NCBI GenBank assembly: GCA_013203315.1
Contig: JABMQJ010000001.1
Coordinates: 32,001-96,000, forward strand
From: Candidatus Omnitrophota bacterium
Lineage (GTDB): Bacteria > Omnitrophota > Gorgyraeia > JABMRN01 > RBG-13-46-9
Direction: 5' to 3'
Length of the DNA stretch: 64,000 nt
Notes under the pieces: generated by a model
What the model was told of the DNA's origin: nothing
Seen by the model: only the letters and a program-made list of their open reading frames with translations
The model's database searches: none
Part shown: positions 35,334 through 44,558 of the stretch, one piece after another
How positions within the stretch are numbered: the first letter of the stretch is position 1
Layout: each line of letters opens with the position of its first letter
Program-made: the position numbers and the translations under genes

Positions 35334-36572
35334 TTAAACCCCCAGTCGTTTATTTTTAGCTTTTTCAAACGCTTCCAAACTCGGTTTTATCTTGAGCGGT
35401 TTTCCTATTTTTTCCGCAACAGCTTCCTGAGTTTTTAAACCATTGCCTGTTATACACACGACAATTGATTCATTCTTCGGAATTTTTCCCTGTTCTATCA
35501 GTTTCTTTGTAACGCCAAGCGTTACGCCTCCTGCGGTTTCGGTAAATACGCCTTCGGTCTTGGCCAAAAGCTTAATCGCTTCTACTATTTCCTCGTCCGA
35601 TACGTCTTCCGCAAAACCACCCGATTCCTTTACAGTTCCGACAGCATATATGCCGTCAGCAGGATTCCCGATGGCTAAAGACTTCGCAATGGTATTTGGC
35701 TTAATAGGCTTTATGATATCCGAACCTTCTTTTATCGCGGTAACTATCGGCGCGCATCCTGTGGCCTGGGCAGCATAAATTTTTGTGTCGACTTTATCAA
35801 TCAGCCCCAGTTTCTTAAATTCGTGCAAGCCCTTCCATATTTTCGTGATAAGTGAGCCGCCCGCGCAAGGAACTACGATGTGCTTGGGCGCTTTCCATCC
35901 CAGCTGTTCGGCAATTTCATATCCGTATGTTTTCGACCCTTCGGCGTAATACGGCCTTATGTTTATGTTAACAAAGGCCCATTTATATTTTGCTGCGACT
36001 TCCGAACAAAGCCTGTTAACCTGGTCATAATTCCCTTCGACAGCCACCAAATTTGGATCATATATAAGTGTCCCTATAACCTTTCCTTTTTCAAGGTCAG
36101 CGGGTATAAATATATATCTTTCCAGGTTAGCTATGGCGGACTGCGCTGCTACTGAATTCGCAAGATTACCCGTCGAAGCGCATGCAACAGTTTTGAAACC
36201 GAATTCCTTCGCCTTTGATAGCGCTACCGCGACCACTCTATCTTTGAAGGAAAGTGTCGGGTGGTTTACAGAGTCGTCTTTTATGTAGAGTTCTTTCACG
36301 CCCAGCACCTTTTCAAGATTCCTGGCTCTTATTAAAGGTGTGTATCCTGAATTTAGACCGTCTGTAGGGTCTTTGTCTATGGGCATAAGTTCTCTATAAC
36401 GCCATAGGTTCTTGGGTCTTGACTCTATTTCCTTCCTGGTCAATATCTTCTTTATCCATTCGTAATCATAGTCCACCTCTAGCGGCCCGAAACAGTATTC
36501 GCATACATATATGGGGTCCTTCGGATAAGCCCTGCCGCATTCCCTGCACTTTAATCCTTTTACATAACTCAT
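35334..36572 (-). CDS. thrC: Threonine-synthase-like PLP enzyme
   Basis: N-terminal [38 protein letters not shown]; start moved to MSYVKG. Confidence 0.8.
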   Translation of the reverse strand: MSYVKGLKCRECGRAYPKDPIYVCEYCFGPLEVDYDYEWIKKILTRKEIESRPKNLWRYRELMPIDKDPTDGLNSGYTPLIRARNLEKVLGVKELYIKDDSVNHPTLSFKDRVVAVALSKAKEFGFKTVACASTGNLANSVAAQSAIANLERYIFIPADLEKGKVIGTLIYDPNLVAVEGNYDQVNRLCSEVAAKYKWAFVNINIRPYYAEGSKTYGYEIAEQLGWKAPKHIVVPCAGGSLITKIWKGLHEFKKLGLIDKVDTKIYAAQATGCAPIVTAIKEGSDIIKPIKPNTIAKSLAIGNPADGIYAVGTVKESGGFAEDVSDEEIVEAIKLLAKTEGVFTETAGGVTLGVTKKLIEQGKIPKNESIVVCITGNGLKTQEAVAEKIGKPLKIKPSLEAFEKAKNKRLGV

Positions 36573-36576
36573 TTTG

Positions 36577-36816
36577 TCACCTCGATTTCCTGACAATAAG
36601 ATTCCAATACCCGTTTTTTTCTTCAACTTTTAAAATTTCGTGCCCTTCTTCCTTAGTGCTGGCCGTAACGTTCTTAATCGGCTCACCGTCGTCAAGGAGA
36701 ACCTCCAGTATCTTGCCCGCTTGCATCGATTCAAGTTTTAATTTCGTTTTTACAAAATTCATCGGGCAAGGAACGCCCTTTAAGTCTAATATCTGATCTA
36801 TTTTTATATCACTCAT
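36577..36816 (-). CDS. tusA: TusA/SirA sulfurtransferase
   Basis: LDLKGVPCPMNFVK. Confidence 0.88.
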   Translation of the reverse strand: MSDIKIDQILDLKGVPCPMNFVKTKLKLESMQAGKILEVLLDDGEPIKNVTASTKEEGHEILKVEEKNGYWNLIVRKSR

Positions 36817-37703
36817 AAAATCTTGTCCTTTGCTTTCTTAAGCCCTGTCCTGTCCAGCGCTTCTCCAAATCGCTCACCCTTGTTTGCTATTTCTTTATAG
36901 TACTCGACTGATTTTTCTATGATTTTGGGGATCTTTTTTTCCTCTACAAACTCTGCTATTTCAGTTCCGAATCGAGGAAAACGTCCCACCTTACCGCCTA
37001 TGTAAACCTTAAAACCGACTTTCTTTGTTTTCCAGGCGCTTACCGGGCATACCCTCACACAATCCCCTTCGAAGTAACAATTTTCTTTTCTGTACACGGG
37101 TTTTTTGTCTTTATCCATTACAATAGCCGGTTGCCCTTTTCCCCTTGCGCAGACTTTTTCACAAACCTTTGCGCAAAGCGTACAGTGTATGCACGCATCA
37201 AGATCTACTTCGGGTTCGCCCTGCGCCTGGAATCCCAAATCGTTCTCCTGCGGCTTGGCGCAAGAATTCATGCAGCCTGTAATTGCTACTTTGAATTTTT
37301 TGGGAACCTCTTTGCCAAACGCGACTTTATCAAGTTTCATAGCCAACTTTTCAGCATCAACAAAACCAAATCTACATACGCTCGACCCCGGACAGGCAAT
37401 GAGGTTTCTGGATCTCGGGCCGCATGCGCCTTTTAATATTCCGAACTTCTTCATATCTTTGAGTAAACTATTTATATTTTTTATGTGTATCCACGGAATT
37501 TCTATCCCCTGCCGGGTCGAGACGTGGACATAATCTTTGCCGTATTTTTTGGCAAGTATGGCGTATTTTTTTAGTTTTTCCGCTTTTAAATGCCCGCCGG
37601 GAATTCTTGTACGCAGGATAAAATAATCCTTTTGTATTTGTTTCAAGACCCCGCCGGTTCTCAGATCCAAAAGTTCTGTTTCATTGTATTTTTTTAATGC
37701 CAT
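36813..37703 (-). CDS. Small siroheme-[4Fe-4S] sulfite/nitrite reductase with ferredoxin domain
   Basis: STRQGIE, CPGSSVC (CX5C), GCMNSC (CX3C), CIHCTLC, GGKVGR. Confidence 0.85.
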   Translation of the reverse strand: MALKKYNETELLDLRTGGVLKQIQKDYFILRTRIPGGHLKAEKLKKYAILAKKYGKDYVHVSTRQGIEIPWIHIKNINSLLKDMKKFGILKGACGPRSRNLIACPGSSVCRFGFVDAEKLAMKLDKVAFGKEVPKKFKVAITGCMNSCAKPQENDLGFQAQGEPEVDLDACIHCTLCAKVCEKVCARGKGQPAIVMDKDKKPVYRKENCYFEGDCVRVCPVSAWKTKKVGFKVYIGGKVGRFPRFGTEIAEFVEEKKIPKIIEKSVEYYKEIANKGERFGEALDRTGLKKAKDKIL

Positions 37704-37715
37704 CTCTTTGTCTCC

Positions 37716-38858
37716 TTAGGCCCCAAAATACCTTTCCATCGAAAAGTATCTCTCACCCGTATCGGGTAAAATTGTAACTACAAGTTTATCTTTTCCCAAC
37801 TTTTTAGCGACCTCAAGCGCCGCCCAGACTGCCGCACCTGCGGATATCCCCACAAACAATCCTTCGAGTGTGGCAAGCTTTCTTGAGGTTGTAAAAGCAT
37901 CGTCGTCATTTACCTGTATTATTTCATCAATCACTTTTTTATTAAGGACATCCGGAATAAATCCGGCGCCGATACCCTGTATTTTATGTGGACCGGGCTT
38001 CCCGCCGGATAATACTGGGCTCGCCTTTGGTTCAACAGCAATAATTTTAACTTCCGGATATTCTTTTTTTAATGCTTCTCCTACACCTGTTATGGTCCCG
38101 CCCGTCCCAACGCCGGAAACAAAGGCGTCTATCTTTTTATCAACTGCCTCAAGTATTTCTTGAGCGGTTGTATCTCTATGAGCCTGCGGGTTTGCCTTAT
38201 TTTTAAACTGCTGAGGCATAAAGCTATTCGGTGTTTTCTTAAGAAGCTGTTCGGCTTTTTTTATGGAGCCCTGCATCCCCTCTGCGCCCGGGGTAAGAAC
38301 TACTTGTGCGCCAAAAGACTTAAGTATGTAAATTCTTTCGAGACTCATGGTTTCAGGCATTGTAAGAATGCATTTATAACCCTTTACAGCAGATACCATG
38401 GCAAGGCCAATTCCGGTATTCCCGCTTGTCGGTTCAATTATGGTTGCACCTTTTTTCAGGAGGCCCTTACGCTCGGCGTCTTCTACCATCGAAAGGCATA
38501 TCCTGTCTTTAACACTGCCGCCGGGATTATAAAATTCAAGTTTTCCAAAAATATCCGCCATGCCGGGCTCGACAATATTATTCAGCTTGACCATGGGGGT
38601 GTTGCCTATCAATTCTAATATATTGCGCGCCGCTTTTCGGCCGCCTTTTTCACAGCCGCCGCCCATGAAATATACAAATTCCAGCTTGTCATTGGTTTTA
38701 AGCGAGGTGTCGCTGTATTTACCTCTCTCTATAATCTTCTCGTTTAATTCGACCGTAACGACTTCCGGCTTTATATTCTTGTCCGCCAGGAGCTCGGCAA
38801 CGCTCATGTCATCGCCGATTTCTTCCTTTTTGCCATTTAAATAGATTGTCGTCATCAT
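37716..38858 (-). CDS. cysK: ThiS-family sulfur carrier fused to cysteine synthase CysK
   Basis: ThiS domain ending FMGGG, linker CEKGGRKA, then IGNTP, NPGGSVKDR, EPTSGNTG, GVGTGGT, HKIQGIGAG. Confidence 0.88.
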   Translation of the reverse strand: MMTTIYLNGKKEEIGDDMSVAELLADKNIKPEVVTVELNEKIIERGKYSDTSLKTNDKLEFVYFMGGGCEKGGRKAARNILELIGNTPMVKLNNIVEPGMADIFGKLEFYNPGGSVKDRICLSMVEDAERKGLLKKGATIIEPTSGNTGIGLAMVSAVKGYKCILTMPETMSLERIYILKSFGAQVVLTPGAEGMQGSIKKAEQLLKKTPNSFMPQQFKNKANPQAHRDTTAQEILEAVDKKIDAFVSGVGTGGTITGVGEALKKEYPEVKIIAVEPKASPVLSGGKPGPHKIQGIGAGFIPDVLNKKVIDEIIQVNDDDAFTTSRKLATLEGLFVGISAGAAVWAALEVAKKLGKDKLVVTILPDTGERYFSMERYFGA

Positions 38859-38870
38859 CCCGATACCTCC

Positions 38871-40154
38871 TTATTTTTTTAAAACCTCACTGATTACTTC
38901 CAAAGTTTTCTCTATGTCCCCCTTGCTGTGCGCAAGGGATAAGAAATTCGCTTCAAATCCGGACGGAGAAAAATATATACCTTGTTTCAATAAGCCGTGA
39001 AAAAATCTTTTAAATGAATCCGTATCTTGTTTTTTCGCGGTCCTGTAGTCTACGACAGCCTCATTTGTAAAAAATACGCTAAACATTGAACCGACGCGGT
39101 TTACTCTAAGGGCTATTTTGTCCGCAGCGGCTATTTTTTCTATTCCCTCACATAATTCTTCGGTTTTGTTTTTCAGTTCTGCGTAAGGATTTTTTTCTTT
39201 CAATATATTTAAAGTTGTGATGCCAGCTTTTACGGCTATGGGGTTACCTGATAATGTCCCCGCCTGGTAAACACCACCCTGGGGCGCCAGAAGCGATATA
39301 ACATCTTTCCTGCCGCCAAAAGCGCCTACCGGCAGTCCGCCTCCTATGATCTTTCCGAGGCAGGTTATATCCGGTATTATACCAAAAAGTGCCTGTGCGC
39401 CACCATATAAATACCGAAATCCGGTAATAACCTCATCAAATATTAAAAGTGCACCATGTTGATCAGCTATTTTTCTTAACCCTTTAAGGAAACCCGCCTC
39501 CGGAGGAATGACGCCACAATTTCCGGCTACAGGTTCAACAATTATGGCGGCCAAATCTTCTTTGTACTTTTCGGCTATTTTTTCCGTTTCCTCGATATCA
39601 TTGTAAGGCGCTACAATCGTGTGCTTGGTAAAGTCTTTCGGCACTCCTAGACTATCGGGCATGCTAAGCGTAGCAGCACCGGATCCTGATTTTACCAAAA
39701 GATAGTCCGCGTGGCCGTGATATGCGCCTTCGAATTTTATAATTTTGTTTCTTTTGGTATAGCCCCTTGCAAGTCTTATAGCACTCATTACCGCTTCTGT
39801 GCCGGAGCTGGTAAGCCTCACCTGTTCGACCGAAGGGATCGCTTCAACAATAAGTCGCGCCAACTCTGTCTCTTTTGTAGTGGCCGCACCGAAGCTCGTC
39901 CCATCTTTTACGGCTTTTTCAAGCGCCTTTGTTACTTCCGGATACGCGTGGCCGAGTATCATAGTGCCCCATGAAAGGCAATAGTCGATGAATTCGCCGC
40001 CGCACTCACCGTAAAGCTTTGAGCCGCTGCCGCGCTTTACGAACACGGGATAGCCGCCGACAGCCTTGAAAGATCTTACGGGGCTATTTACGCCACCCGG
40101 GATGAATCTCTTGGCATCATTTAATAAATCTTTCGCGATTCCTACCCCAGCCAT
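38871..40154 (-). CDS. hemL: Glutamate-1-semialdehyde 2,1-aminomutase
   Basis: PGGVNSPVR, YHGHAD, FDEVITGFR, GKIIGGGLP, YQAGTLSGNP. Confidence 0.95.
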   Translation of the reverse strand: MAGVGIAKDLLNDAKRFIPGGVNSPVRSFKAVGGYPVFVKRGSGSKLYGECGGEFIDYCLSWGTMILGHAYPEVTKALEKAVKDGTSFGAATTKETELARLIVEAIPSVEQVRLTSSGTEAVMSAIRLARGYTKRNKIIKFEGAYHGHADYLLVKSGSGAATLSMPDSLGVPKDFTKHTIVAPYNDIEETEKIAEKYKEDLAAIIVEPVAGNCGVIPPEAGFLKGLRKIADQHGALLIFDEVITGFRYLYGGAQALFGIIPDITCLGKIIGGGLPVGAFGGRKDVISLLAPQGGVYQAGTLSGNPIAVKAGITTLNILKEKNPYAELKNKTEELCEGIEKIAAADKIALRVNRVGSMFSVFFTNEAVVDYRTAKKQDTDSFKRFFHGLLKQGIYFSPSGFEANFLSLAHSKGDIEKTLEVISEVLKK

Positions 40155-41065
40155 TTTATAACCTCTTTTCCGAAATAAGTTATTATACGATCCGCACCTG
40201 CTCTTTTCATAGAAGTTAGCGCCTCCAGCACAAGTTCTTTTTCCTTGGCACTGTCTCCATCGGCAAGTTTTTTAATCATGGTATATTCTCCGCTTACGCT
40301 GAAAGCGGCTATTGGTGTCTTAAATTTTTTCTTTGCTTTGTAAAGGATGTCCAGGTACGCAAGTGCGGGTTTAACCATGACGAGATCCGCACCTTCTTTA
40401 ATATCCTCTTCTATTTTCGCTAAACCCCGATCGGTGTTTCTGGGGTCCAGTTGATAACTCGTTCTATCCCCAAACTTGGGCGACGAATTAAGCGCCTCTC
40501 TAAACGGCCCATAGAAATTAGACGCGTACTTGGCTGAATAAGCCAGTATCTTTGTGGATTTGAAGCCTTCGCAGTCTAAGGCGTGTCTTATCACCGCGAC
40601 TTGGCCGTCCATCACAGCAGAAGGCGCAACAAAATCCGCCCCTGCCCTAGCGTGTGAGACGGCAATTTTAGCCAGCGTCTCCAATGTAGCTTTTTTATCT
40701 ACGGCCAGCTTCGCTTTTTGCTTTCCTTTTTTTAATATCCTGCAATGCCCGTGAGAGGTATAAGCGCAAAGGCAAACATCCGTAACAACTTTTAAGTTTT
40801 TGAATTCTTTCTTTATTGCCCTTATGGCTTTCTGGATGAGGCCGAATTCATGATAAGCGGCAGAAGCTGTATCGTTTTTTGTTTTGGACACGCCAAAAAG
40901 AAGCACCTCTTCGATGCCCCGGGCCGATCTTATGTCCTTGATCAAGTTATCGACAGAAAAGTGATAAATACCGGGCATCGAACGGATAGGCCGCTTCACA
41001 TCCTTACCACCAACAACAAAATAAGGAGTAATTATGTCTTTTTTCTTTAGTTTAAAAGTCCGCAT
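40142..41065 (-). CDS. hemB: Porphobilinogen synthase
   Basis: DVCLCAYTSHGHC, YSAKYAS.FYGPFR, MVKP, SVSGEY; start moved to MRTFK. Confidence 0.93.
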   Translation of the reverse strand: MRTFKLKKKDIITPYFVVGGKDVKRPIRSMPGIYHFSVDNLIKDIRSARGIEEVLLFGVSKTKNDTASAAYHEFGLIQKAIRAIKKEFKNLKVVTDVCLCAYTSHGHCRILKKGKQKAKLAVDKKATLETLAKIAVSHARAGADFVAPSAVMDGQVAVIRHALDCEGFKSTKILAYSAKYASNFYGPFREALNSSPKFGDRTSYQLDPRNTDRGLAKIEEDIKEGADLVMVKPALAYLDILYKAKKKFKTPIAAFSVSGEYTMIKKLADGDSAKEKELVLEALTSMKRAGADRIITYFGKEVIKWLG

Positions 41066-42450
41066 CGTTTCGCCTCTTTTAGTGTCACGCGACCTATGCA
41101 TCTAATCTTTACGGCCTTGGGCACTTTCTTATATCTTTTTTTGAAACTTCTCACCGTTGACGGGCTCGTAAACATTATCTCGTCGAAATTCGTAATATCA
41201 AGATCCGGAAGATTATCCGGTATTGTATTTTTGTAAGCTACGCATGGAAAAATCGTGGCGCCTTCTTTTTTTAATCCCTCGGTCAGGCCCTTGTCAGCAA
41301 TATCCGAACGCGGTAACAAAATATTCTTTTTGATAAGATTTATTTTTTTCAGTTCCGCAAGCAACCCCTTCGAAGATTCGTCCTTCGGGACAAGATCCGG
41401 AAATACGCCGAACTCTTTTAATTTTTCGGCAGTAGAGTTTCCGATAGCGGCAACCTTGATACCCCCCATTTTACGGGTGTCGAGCCTGAGTTTAAACAGC
41501 CGCTCGAAGAAGTAGAGCGCGGCGTAACGGCTCGTAAAGACAATCCAATCAAAAGCTTTAAGTTTTCTTATAAGCTCGTCAAGCTTTGTATAATCTTTTA
41601 GAGGTTTTATTTCAATAAGCGGAAGATGAAAAATTAAACCCTTCTCATAAGGCCTGTGATTTGAGAGTCCCGTGAAAAGAATTTTCCTGGATTTTTTAAA
41701 CCAGCCAAATTCTTTTTCTTTCCTCACCACTTCGCCGATTATAATAATTGCGGGCGCTTTTATATTTTCTTTTTTGACAATAGCGCCTATATACTTTAAT
41801 CTGCCGGTTACTGTCCTTTGGTTTATTTTCGAAACGTTGGAAATAACGGCAACGCTTGTGTTTTTGTTTTTGCCTTTTGAGATAAGCGTATCCGCGATCC
41901 GGGAAATGCTTCCTACTGCCATGTATAAAACAATCGTTCCACCTTTTGCAAGCTCATCCCAATTGATAGAGCTTTTTTTCTTTTTAGGGTCCTCATGCCC
42001 GGTAACAAATGCAACGCTTGAAGCGAAACCCTTTGACGTAAGCGGAATACCACTATAACAGGCTGCCGCTTGAGCTGCGGTAACTCCGGGAATCACGGAA
42101 AACTCTATTCCTTTCTTGATTAAACCCCTGATTTCTTCAGTGGCCCTGCCAAAGACAAAAGGATCTCCGTTTTTTAGCCTCATTACATTTTTACCCTTTT
42201 GGGCCCTATCTACAAGCAGCTTGTTTATCAAATTCTGCCTTTTGGAAAATCCGTCGCTATGACGGACCCTGTCCAGTTTATCGGCGCATACGAGTTCTGA
42301 GGCGGGGTTTGCGTATTGCAAAACCCTCTTATCTACAAGCCGGTCGTATACAATAACATCGGCCTGCTTAAGAGCCTCTAGGCCCTTGACCGTGATCAAA
42401 TCCGGCTCGCCGGGCCCTGCGCCTGCTAAAAAAACTTTACCCTTTTTCAT
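41047..42450 (-). CDS. cobA: Uroporphyrinogen-III C-methyltransferase / uroporphyrinogen-III synthase fusion (CobA-HemD)
   Basis: GAGPGEPDLIT, YDRL, RLKNGDPFVFGR, VTGH; C-terminal FTS..AIG..FTSPSTV. Confidence 0.92.
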   Translation of the reverse strand: MKKGKVFLAGAGPGEPDLITVKGLEALKQADVIVYDRLVDKRVLQYANPASELVCADKLDRVRHSDGFSKRQNLINKLLVDRAQKGKNVMRLKNGDPFVFGRATEEIRGLIKKGIEFSVIPGVTAAQAAACYSGIPLTSKGFASSVAFVTGHEDPKKKKSSINWDELAKGGTIVLYMAVGSISRIADTLISKGKNKNTSVAVISNVSKINQRTVTGRLKYIGAIVKKENIKAPAIIIIGEVVRKEKEFGWFKKSRKILFTGLSNHRPYEKGLIFHLPLIEIKPLKDYTKLDELIRKLKAFDWIVFTSRYAALYFFERLFKLRLDTRKMGGIKVAAIGNSTAEKLKEFGVFPDLVPKDESSKGLLAELKKINLIKKNILLPRSDIADKGLTEGLKKEGATIFPCVAYKNTIPDNLPDLDITNFDEIMFTSPSTVRSFKKRYKKVPKAVKIRCIGRVTLKEAKRCGLLN

Positions 42451-43127
42451 ATTACAGCCGTTTCTCTTGAATCTATTTTTGAGAGAATTTCTATTAAGTC
42501 AGAATCCTCCGCCCTTGCGATAACTGCAAGACGCCCCTGCAAGGGGTGCGGCTCAAGTATATGTGGCGGTAAAATTTCGGTTATTCTTTCTTCTAATCCC
42601 AGACGAATCAAGCCTGCAGCGGCTATTACTATGGCATTTAAGCTTGTTGTTTCCAATATCTTAAGTCTTTCCTGGATATTACCCCGGATATCTACAAGCT
42701 CAAAATCCGGCCTGAATTTCTTCAATGCCTCTTTACGGCGAATGCTGCTTGTCCCGATCCGCGCGCCAAATGGTAGACTATCTAACTTTAATCCATCTCT
42801 TGAAACTAAAACATCGTACGGATCGATCGATTCCGTAAGCGCTGCTATGTGAAACCCCTCCGCTAAAACAAAAGGCACGTCTTTTGCGCTATGCACGGCA
42901 AAATCAATTTCACCTAAAAGAAGCGCCTGATCTATCTCTTTTGTAAAGAAGTCCTCACCTTCTATATACGATATGGGTGTGAACTTATCTTTGTCGCCGC
43001 AGGTATCTATACCCACTATTTCGGCTTTAAGGGACGTTCCTGCGTCATTTAAAGCATTTAAAATTTCTTCTACCTGCTTTAACGCGAGAGGACTAGTTCT
43101 GGTTCCGATTTTGTAAGTTTTCGCCAT
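42447..43127 (-). CDS. hemC: Hydroxymethylbilane synthase, C-terminally short
   Basis: IGTRTSPLAL.Q, FTKE, AVHSAKD, GTSSIRR, IRGN, AAAGL.RL. Confidence 0.88.
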   Translation of the reverse strand: MAKTYKIGTRTSPLALKQVEEILNALNDAGTSLKAEIVGIDTCGDKDKFTPISYIEGEDFFTKEIDQALLLGEIDFAVHSAKDVPFVLAEGFHIAALTESIDPYDVLVSRDGLKLDSLPFGARIGTSSIRRKEALKKFRPDFELVDIRGNIQERLKILETTSLNAIVIAAAGLIRLGLEERITEILPPHILEPHPLQGRLAVIARAEDSDLIEILSKIDSRETAVI

Positions 43128-44110
43128 ACTGTACCTGCTTCTATATCTATAATTTGTCTTACTTTTTTTGCGATTTCTGTTTTCTTTTCTATATTTTCTT
43201 TAATCACAGTATCCAAGTCTTCCAGGCCGAATAAATCTACGTTTTCGATTCTTTTTACCTCGGGATCAACGTCCCTTGGTAAGGCAAGATCTATTATTAA
43301 TAGTTTCCCGTTTTGCTTCTCTTTGAAGGTTTCTTTCTTGATTATAAAATGCGGGCTGGCGGTAGCCGTTATAACGATATCCGCCTTACCCAGTGATTCT
43401 CTTAGGTTATCAAATCTTACCGCCTGCGCCCCGATCTGGGAAGCAAACTCTCGTGCCCTGGAAAAGGTCCTATTTGATACGAAAACTACAGAGGCCCTTT
43501 CTTTTTCCAGGTATTTCAAAACAAGTTCCGTAACCTTCCCTACCCCTATGATCAAAATTATTTTATTTTCCAGCCGGCCTATTTTTTTCTTTATAAAGTC
43601 TATGGCCACGCTTCCCACCGATACTTTCCCCTCGGATATCTTCGTCGTCGCATGCATGTCCTTGGCAAAGAAGAACGCAGAATTAAATACGCCGTCTAAT
43701 AGCTTATCCGTAAAACCAATGCTTTGACTTTTTAAAAAGGAGGCCCTAACCTGGCCCAGCACTTGTGTTTCGCCGAGTATAAGAGAATCAGTTCCACTCG
43801 CAACTGAGAACAAATGCTTTAACGCTCCCTCGTCCGCATACCTATATAGGTAAGGCGAGATACTTTCTTTATCGATTTGGTGATACCGTGAAATAAAGTC
43901 TTCCAATTCCCATAGCCCCTTATCTTTATTGTCTGTGCTTGCATAAATCTCTGTTCTATTACACGTCGAGATTATAATAGCTCCGTTTAAACCGGTGTTT
44001 TCCTTTAAAAAAGAGATCTCATCCCTTACCCGCTTTTTGGAAAAAGCGATTCTTTCCCTGAACTCTACCGGACTATATTTATGGTTTGTTCCTACTAATA
44101 TGAGATTCAC
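43079..44110 (-). CDS. hemA: Glutamyl-tRNA reductase
   Basis: STCNRTE, DSLILGE.QVLGQV, DLALPRD. Confidence 0.93.
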   Translation of the reverse strand: MNLILVGTNHKYSPVEFRERIAFSKKRVRDEISFLKENTGLNGAIIISTCNRTEIYASTDNKDKGLWELEDFISRYHQIDKESISPYLYRYADEGALKHLFSVASGTDSLILGETQVLGQVRASFLKSQSIGFTDKLLDGVFNSAFFFAKDMHATTKISEGKVSVGSVAIDFIKKKIGRLENKIILIIGVGKVTELVLKYLEKERASVVFVSNRTFSRAREFASQIGAQAVRFDNLRESLGKADIVITATASPHFIIKKETFKEKQNGKLLIIDLALPRDVDPEVKRIENVDLFGLEDLDTVIKENIEKKTEIAKKVRQIIDIEAGTVWRKLTKSEPELVLSR

Positions 44111-44550
44111 TTTATTTCTATTTCCTCTTCGGTGATCTTGCCTTCTACGATCTTAAATGATCTTACGCTTGGACTTGCCTCATCCTTTATTGAAACTATC
44201 ACGTATGACGAGTCAGGATAGTAGGCCAGCTTCACATCATGCGACGAAGGAAAGGCTTCTGTTTCTAAATGTGAGTGGTATATGCCAACCATTTCCAGGC
44301 CCAGGGTTCTTATCTCTTTGGTGACTTTAAGCTGTTCTTTAGGGTCCATTAAAAATGTCTGTCCGCTGTTGTCCGCATTGGCCATAAGATATATCTTCGT
44401 TACTTTTGATATCCGCCGAAGCCTACCTGCTGCGAATTTCTCCTCTGGCGTAGGCGGACCGGCAAGTATACCGCAAGCCTCGCTGGGGGCCTCTTTCTTT
44501 GAATACTCCACTAAATCATCTATATGCTTCCGGCTTAAAGAAATCATCAC
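44107..44550 (-). CDS. Mov34/MPN/JAMM metalloprotease (Mec/CysO-peptidase-like) with an in-frame insertion
   Basis: EACGILAG, IYHSH....FPS..D JAMM motif. Confidence 0.9.
   Translation of the reverse strand: MMISLSRKHIDDLVEYSKKEAPSEACGILAGPPTPEEKFAAGRLRRISKVTKIYLMANADNSGQTFLMDPKEQLKVTKEIRTLGLEMVGIYHSHLETEAFPSSHDVKLAYYPDSSYVIVSIKDEASPSVRSFKIVEGKITEEEIEIK
44412..44458. repeat. Palindromic element inserted in frame in the JAMM gene
   Basis: TCCGCCGAAGCC ... GGCGTAGGCGGA hairpin ends. Confidence 0.7.
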
Positions 44551-44558
44551 AGGGCTCC

